DNA from: Caldisericia bacterium
GTDB lineage: Bacteria > Caldisericota > Caldisericia > JAAYUI01
Direction of reading: 5' to 3'
Assembly: GCA_963674785.1 (NCBI GenBank)
Contig: OY771555.1
Span: forward strand, 1,472,001-1,536,000
Length of the DNA: 64,000 nucleotides
Below are positions 59,655 through 64,000 of the stretch, in pieces; within the stretch, counting starts at the first letter, position 1, and the number at the start of each line of letters is the position of its first letter. A program made the translations under genes and the position numbers. The notes below the pieces were generated by a model. That model was not told the origin of the DNA. It was given only the letters and a program-made list of their open reading frames with translations, and ran no database searches.

Positions 59655-62600
59655 CTAGTTTACCTGAACTTTGTATTCGATCAGTTTTGTGACACCATAT
59701 CTGTCTGAAACTTCACATTCAATCTTGTACTCACCTGGTGAGCCATATGAGTGAATGAGAGTCTTTGGAGTTTTCAACTCAGCGTTTCCAGATGTTGAGT
59801 CACCATCGCCCCAGTCTATCTTGAAGCTAAATGGACCGTTTCCGCTCCACACCTGGAGAATAAACTCAGTATCCGAATTTGATTTTGCGTCTCCATTGAC
59901 TTTGAAAGTTGCATCTGGTGCAGGGAATCCAGAGGTGTTTGTAGTTACTATCACTGATGAGTAGTCTTCTGCTTTCACATTGGCATTTGATGCAGTTACT
60001 GCAACCTTATTCTGTACAACTTTTCCATTGAGTCTTTCGTCTGTGATTTTTGCCCAAACTTTCAATGTTACCGATGAGCCGGCTTCAATTTTGTTGATGA
60101 TCCAATAAACACCATTTGTCCTAATTTTTGCCTCAGGTCTACTGCTGATGTATTCCATTCCCTTTGGCATGTAGTCATTAACTGAGACGTCAGTCAGTGC
60201 GATTGAGCCTTCATTTGTGACAACGATTGTGTATTCAATCTTTTCGTTAACTCTGACATTTGATTTGTCGGCTGTTTTTGAGACTCTCAGTTTTGTTTTG
60301 AATGGGTTTGAGGTTGTTGATTTAGTTTTTGTGGTCTCAAAGTTTGTTGCACCGTCAATATAGACACCGCTAATATAGGCATTATTTACGATTGCATTGA
60401 CTCCAGTTGGAATCTCATCGTTGATTTTTGCTTCCCAGATAATTTCGCCAGGGAAGTTAGCGTTTTCATATTCAAGAACTGGATAGGTTACATAAACGTC
60501 ATCATCACCAGTTCTATTATCGACAAACGAGAAGAATGGGGTTCCACTGTTATCGATCTGAGCGTTAGGAAGAATGCTCTCTGAGTCAATATCTGTGATC
60601 GCCTCAGAGCCACCATTATTAAACAGGTCTCTCCATCCGGCGTTGAACCAGCTAAATCTGATGTTTGTTGAATCGCTCTGCTCTTCCCAAATCAGCGCTG
60701 GTCTTCCATCTGGCTGAAGGCAAACATATGGATTGTCCTCAATTAGAGCTGAGTTTGTGATGTTTTCATAACCTGGAGTACCATTGGCAGTAACCCACTG
60801 ACCACCATCAAATCTTGTGTAGATAATGTCACTTGAACCAATCTGTTCATCCATCCATGTGAGATGTGGAATATCGCCTGTCTGCATCTTAAGCTCAGCG
60901 TTTGAATGTGCAACAGCGAACAATCCAATTGTAGGAACCATGTCTTCCCAACCAGGTGTTACGCCATTGAAATGCGTCCAGTTGTTTGTGGCACTGTTCC
61001 ACTTTGAAACAAGAAGGCTGTCGTCGATAATAAACCACCAGAACCATTCTCTTGTTTCGATGCCAGCGTATGTATCACCATTACTGTCAACTGCAAGCGT
61101 CGGGCTTGATGTCCAGTTTCCTGAGTTAAGCTCTTGCTGTGCACCGGGTGTTACACCGTCAAGCTGTGTCCAGATTCCACCGCTTACCTTTGTGAAATAA
61201 AGTCCGTATGCTGGATTGACGTATGTCCACCACATTCCATTCCATACCCATCCACCTGGCATGTAGTATGAGAAGACGACTGAAATGTCACCGTTCTCTC
61301 CCTGTTCAATCCTTGGAGAGTAGTATCTGTAGCTTGAGTTTAGGCCAGTTGTGAGAATGTCTGTTCCTGCTGTTCCGTCAAGTTTTACAAGGCTGCTGCC
61401 ATTCCAATAGCAATGATGTACTGAGAGTTCATCTTCTTTCCAGATAAAGTGAGGATTATCGAGATCATCAATAAACATGTCTGGATTAGCTGAAATTGTG
61501 GCTGCTGTGTTTGAGATGTTCGATATACCTGGGTCACCCTGAAGGTCTACCCATTCATTTCCATTCCATTTGGTATAGAATATCTCGTCATCACTTGGGA
61601 AGCTTCCAAGGATGTGGTTGCTCCATACAACATGAGGATAACCCATGCTGTCAATCTCCATTACCTGTTGGGTTGATGATTCAATATCATCGCTGACATT
61701 GTCGTATCCTGGGATTCCCGTTGAAAGTCTCATCAGATGTCCTGAGCCTGGAATATTGTGAATATCCCATCTCATTCTGTATCCGTAGCCAACACCGTCA
61801 GGGATCCTCTCGTTGATCCATGTGTTTCCGTTATCTGCTGAATAGTGAGTTGGGATTGGGAATGCCTTACCGTTGTAGTATGCGCCCATTGGAATTGCAT
61901 CTTCAACAGTCATTTCAGCGAAGAGATCCATGTCACCGAGGTTATACTGCATGCTGTATCCAAGTTTTTCGCTTGGATAAACCATGACTCCGTTATCACC
62001 ATGAGTGTTTCCAATTCCGCCTTTGCCAACGTCCTTTATGAAATCAAATTTGTAATTTGGACCTGGTCTAACTCTAATGGTGATGATGTCTTCGTGGTAA
62101 AGGTTTCCAGATGTTCCCCTGACAATTATGTAGTATGTGCCGACTGGTAGTTGGTCGCTTGTAGAAAGGGTGAGAATAGATGTTTCAGTATCTATATTCA
62201 GGTAAACTGAATTAGGGTTGAATGACGAGTTGAGTTCTGCTGGGATTAACGAACATGAAAGAGCAACATCACCTGTAAAGCCAGCAATTGGTGTTACGTC
62301 GACTGGGAATGTTCCTGTTCTCCAGTCAGAATCAATGTCTACCAAGTCTGGTGTTACTCTGACATCAAAATCTGGAACGATTGCTTCGTACTCAATCGAA
62401 ACTGCAAACGGCTGAGGTCCCTGTGGTACATTCGCAGCATCAACATAAACCATGTACATTCCAGTTTCAAGTGAGTTATTGATTGTTACACCTTCAACGT
62501 TGTTGGCTGTGTCGGTTGATGTTGCATTAATCTCTGAATCAGATGAGAAACCGATTCCGCCAACGTACTGGTTTCCACGATAAATGTCTCCGCCAGGGGA

Positions 62601-64000
62601 TTCAACAACAAGGTCAAGATCGTTTACAAGATGAGTGAGAGCGCCTGGAATGGATGGATAATCTGACCATACGAGGTTTACTTTGAATGTTCCTGGTCCA
62701 GCCATAATTGGGAAGCCGACCCTCTGTCCTGTTACAACACCAGGTTTGTAGTCAGAGTAGTCTCTTCGTGTTGGTGCTGTTGGGAAAAGGGTGTCATAGA
62801 GATCAACATATCCCCATCCACCGATGTAGCTTGGAGTGAAAAGAGGTGTGCCATCATAGTCTTCTCTGATGTCTCTTGAACCATTGAGGAGTAATGCTTT
62901 TACAAGAGCTGCTGATGGTTCCCCATGAAGCTCAACTTCATCAAGCCACTGCTGGGCAAGCACAGAGCATCCGGCTACGTTTGGACATGACATGGAGGTG
63001 CCAGATGCCTCGGAGTATGTTGTTGTGTATGCCTCAATACCCATGACGTTTGCACCGGGACCTGTGATGTCTGGTTTGATTCTGGTGTCTGGTGTTGGAC
63101 CGCGGGACGAGAATCTTGCTACAACCTCTGCATGAACTTCGTGAACTCTTCTTCCGACTGAGTGGCTATATGTTAGAGGTGCGTCGATTCTGATTCTGTT
63201 TCCGCCTATTCTTGCGGTGTATGTTCTAAATTCGTCTTCGCCTGGGTTGTCTCCCGCGATCATGACCCTGTTACTTCTGCTGGCATTAAGGTTGAAACCG
63301 GCATTACTTGTGACCCAGAGGATAGTATCTCCTGGGTTTGCAATGTTTGTGAGTGATGTCGATGGTCTGTTGTTTCCGCCTGCTGCAACGCTCATGTCAT
63401 TTTTGGCAACGGATGGTGTTCCGAGGGTTGATGTACCTGGTCCGCTGTTTCCTGCAGAGATACAAACAACCATGTCTGGATTATCCCAAACAAATTGGTC
63501 TGTGTACTGACATTCTGCGGTATAGGTATCAATGCTTGAACCCCAGGAGTTACTGTGAACTCTTGCTCCAAGACCGTAGGAATCTGGAAGACCTGGGTTG
63601 AGGTATCCTAAACCTCTCTGTACAACAAGACCTGCCTCTGGTGCTACGCCTGAGTACTGTCCAAGTGGGGAGTTGTATCCATCACCCATTACCTGGCCTG
63701 ATGTGAAGGTACCATGTCCGTTATAGTCACTCCAGTCCTTTGACTGAGTTGGATCTGGCCCAGCTGGTGCAGAGTTATATCCGAAGTGTCCTACAATTCT
63801 TGGTGGGATACCAAAGTCTCTGTTTAATGTTGCAAGGTTTCCTGTGTCGCAACCTGTATCCTGGACACAAGCTACTCTTCCTTGTCCTCTGAGACCATAA
63901 TCCCAGACACCTTCTGATCTTGCTTCAAGGCTTGGTGATGAGTCATCACTTCTTGCCTCAATACCCATGATCTCTCTTGATCTGTCCATGAAAAGTTCTG
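59655..64000 (-). CDS. S8 subtilisin-family serine protease (KP-43-like) with propeller, DUF11-like and PKD-like domains; 5' end outside window
   Basis: Triad DTG, HGT, GTSMSCP; SAGN; NDLDL..NNVE; KTADK...YTIVVTN..V.D.MP.G.EY; IDWGDG...HSY..PGEY. Confidence 0.93.
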   Translation of the reverse strand, partial: ELFMDRSREIMGIEARSDDSSPSLEARSEGVWDYGLRGQGRVACVQDTGCDTGNLATLNRDFGIPPRIVGHFGYNSAPAGPDPTQSKDWSDYNGHGTFTSGQVMGDGYNSPLGQYSGVAPEAGLVVQRGLGYLNPGLPDSYGLGARVHSNSWGSSIDTYTAECQYTDQFVWDNPDMVVCISAGNSGPGTSTLGTPSVAKNDMSVAAGGNNRPSTSLTNIANPGDTILWVTSNAGFNLNASRSNRVMIAGDNPGEDEFRTYTARIGGNRIRIDAPLTYSHSVGRRVHEVHAEVVARFSSRGPTPDTRIKPDITGPGANVMGIEAYTTTYSEASGTSMSCPNVAGCSVLAQQWLDEVELHGEPSAALVKALLLNGSRDIREDYDGTPLFTPSYIGGWGYVDLYDTLFPTAPTRRDYSDYKPGVVTGQRVGFPIMAGPGTFKVNLVWSDYPSIPGALTHLVNDLDLVVESPGGDIYRGNQYVGGIGFSSDSEINATSTDTANNVEGVTINNSLETGMYMVYVDAANVPQGPQPFAVSIEYEAIVPDFDVRVTPDLVDIDSDWRTGTFPVDVTPIAGFTGDVALSCSLIPAELNSSFNPNSVYLNIDTETSILTLSTSDQLPVGTYYIIVRGTSGNLYHEDIITIRVRPGPNYKFDFIKDVGKGGIGNTHGDNGVMVYPSEKLGYSMQYNLGDMDLFAEMTVEDAIPMGAYYNGKAFPIPTHYSADNGNTWINERIPDGVGYGYRMRWDIHNIPGSGHLMRLSTGIPGYDNVSDDIESSTQQVMEIDSMGYPHVVWSNHILGSFPSDDEIFYTKWNGNEWVDLQGDPGISNISNTAATISANPDMFIDDLDNPHFIWKEDELSVHHCYWNGSSLVKLDGTAGTDILTTGLNSSYRYYSPRIEQGENGDISVVFSYYMPGGWVWNGMWWTYVNPAYGLYFTKVSGGIWTQLDGVTPGAQQELNSGNWTSSPTLAVDSNGDTYAGIETREWFWWFIIDDSLLVSKWNSATNNWTHFNGVTPGWEDMVPTIGLFAVAHSNAELKMQTGDIPHLTWMDEQIGSSDIIYTRFDGGQWVTANGTPGYENITNSALIEDNPYVCLQPDGRPALIWEEQSDSTNIRFSWFNAGWRDLFNNGGSEAITDIDSESILPNAQIDNSGTPFFSFVDNRTGDDDVYVTYPVLEYENANFPGEIIWEAKINDEIPTGVNAIVNNAYISGVYIDGATNFETTKTKSTTSNPFKTKLRVSKTADKSNVRVNEKIEYTIVVTNEGSIALTDVSVNDYMPKGMEYISSRPEAKIRTNGVYWIINKIEAGSSVTLKVWAKITDERLNGKVVQNKVAVTASNANVKAEDYSSVIVTTNTSGFPAPDATFKVNGDAKSNSDTEFILQVWSGNGPFSFKIDWGDGDSTSGNAELKTPKTLIHSYGSPGEYKIECEVSDRYGVTKLIEYKVQVN

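Overview
AT-rich bacterial chromosome segment from a probable anaerobe. The repeated copper-amine-oxidase-N 'stalk' domain proteins and PQQ-like propeller proteins suggest a Caldisericota-like lineage (inference only). In order it holds: a tandem array of paralogous lipoproteins sharing an identical 220-bp block; a MATE pump; a PP2C phosphatase divergent from two coupled ~1217-aa kinase-STAND NTPase-TPR paralogs (one pseudokinase, one canonical kinase); NYN, patatin and NADH-oxidase genes; four tRNAs; tuf-rpmG; glmU-prs-rplY; several large secreted proteins, one with 13 Cys-rich OB-like repeats; an oxidative/nitrosative stress cluster; mgtE; a Pil-Chp-type chemosensory operon; and a 5'-truncated S8 protease. 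The best candidate for an undescribed system is the phosphatase plus pseudokinase/kinase paired NLR-like module (4421-12543). Also notable are many apparently leaderless genes, frequent 16-bp promoter spacers, an atypical initiator tRNA, and a cluster of single-base lesions at 19.4-23.5 kb that may be sequencing errors. No CRISPR array, integrase or transposase was seen. All domain calls come from motif recognition by eye, not database searches.
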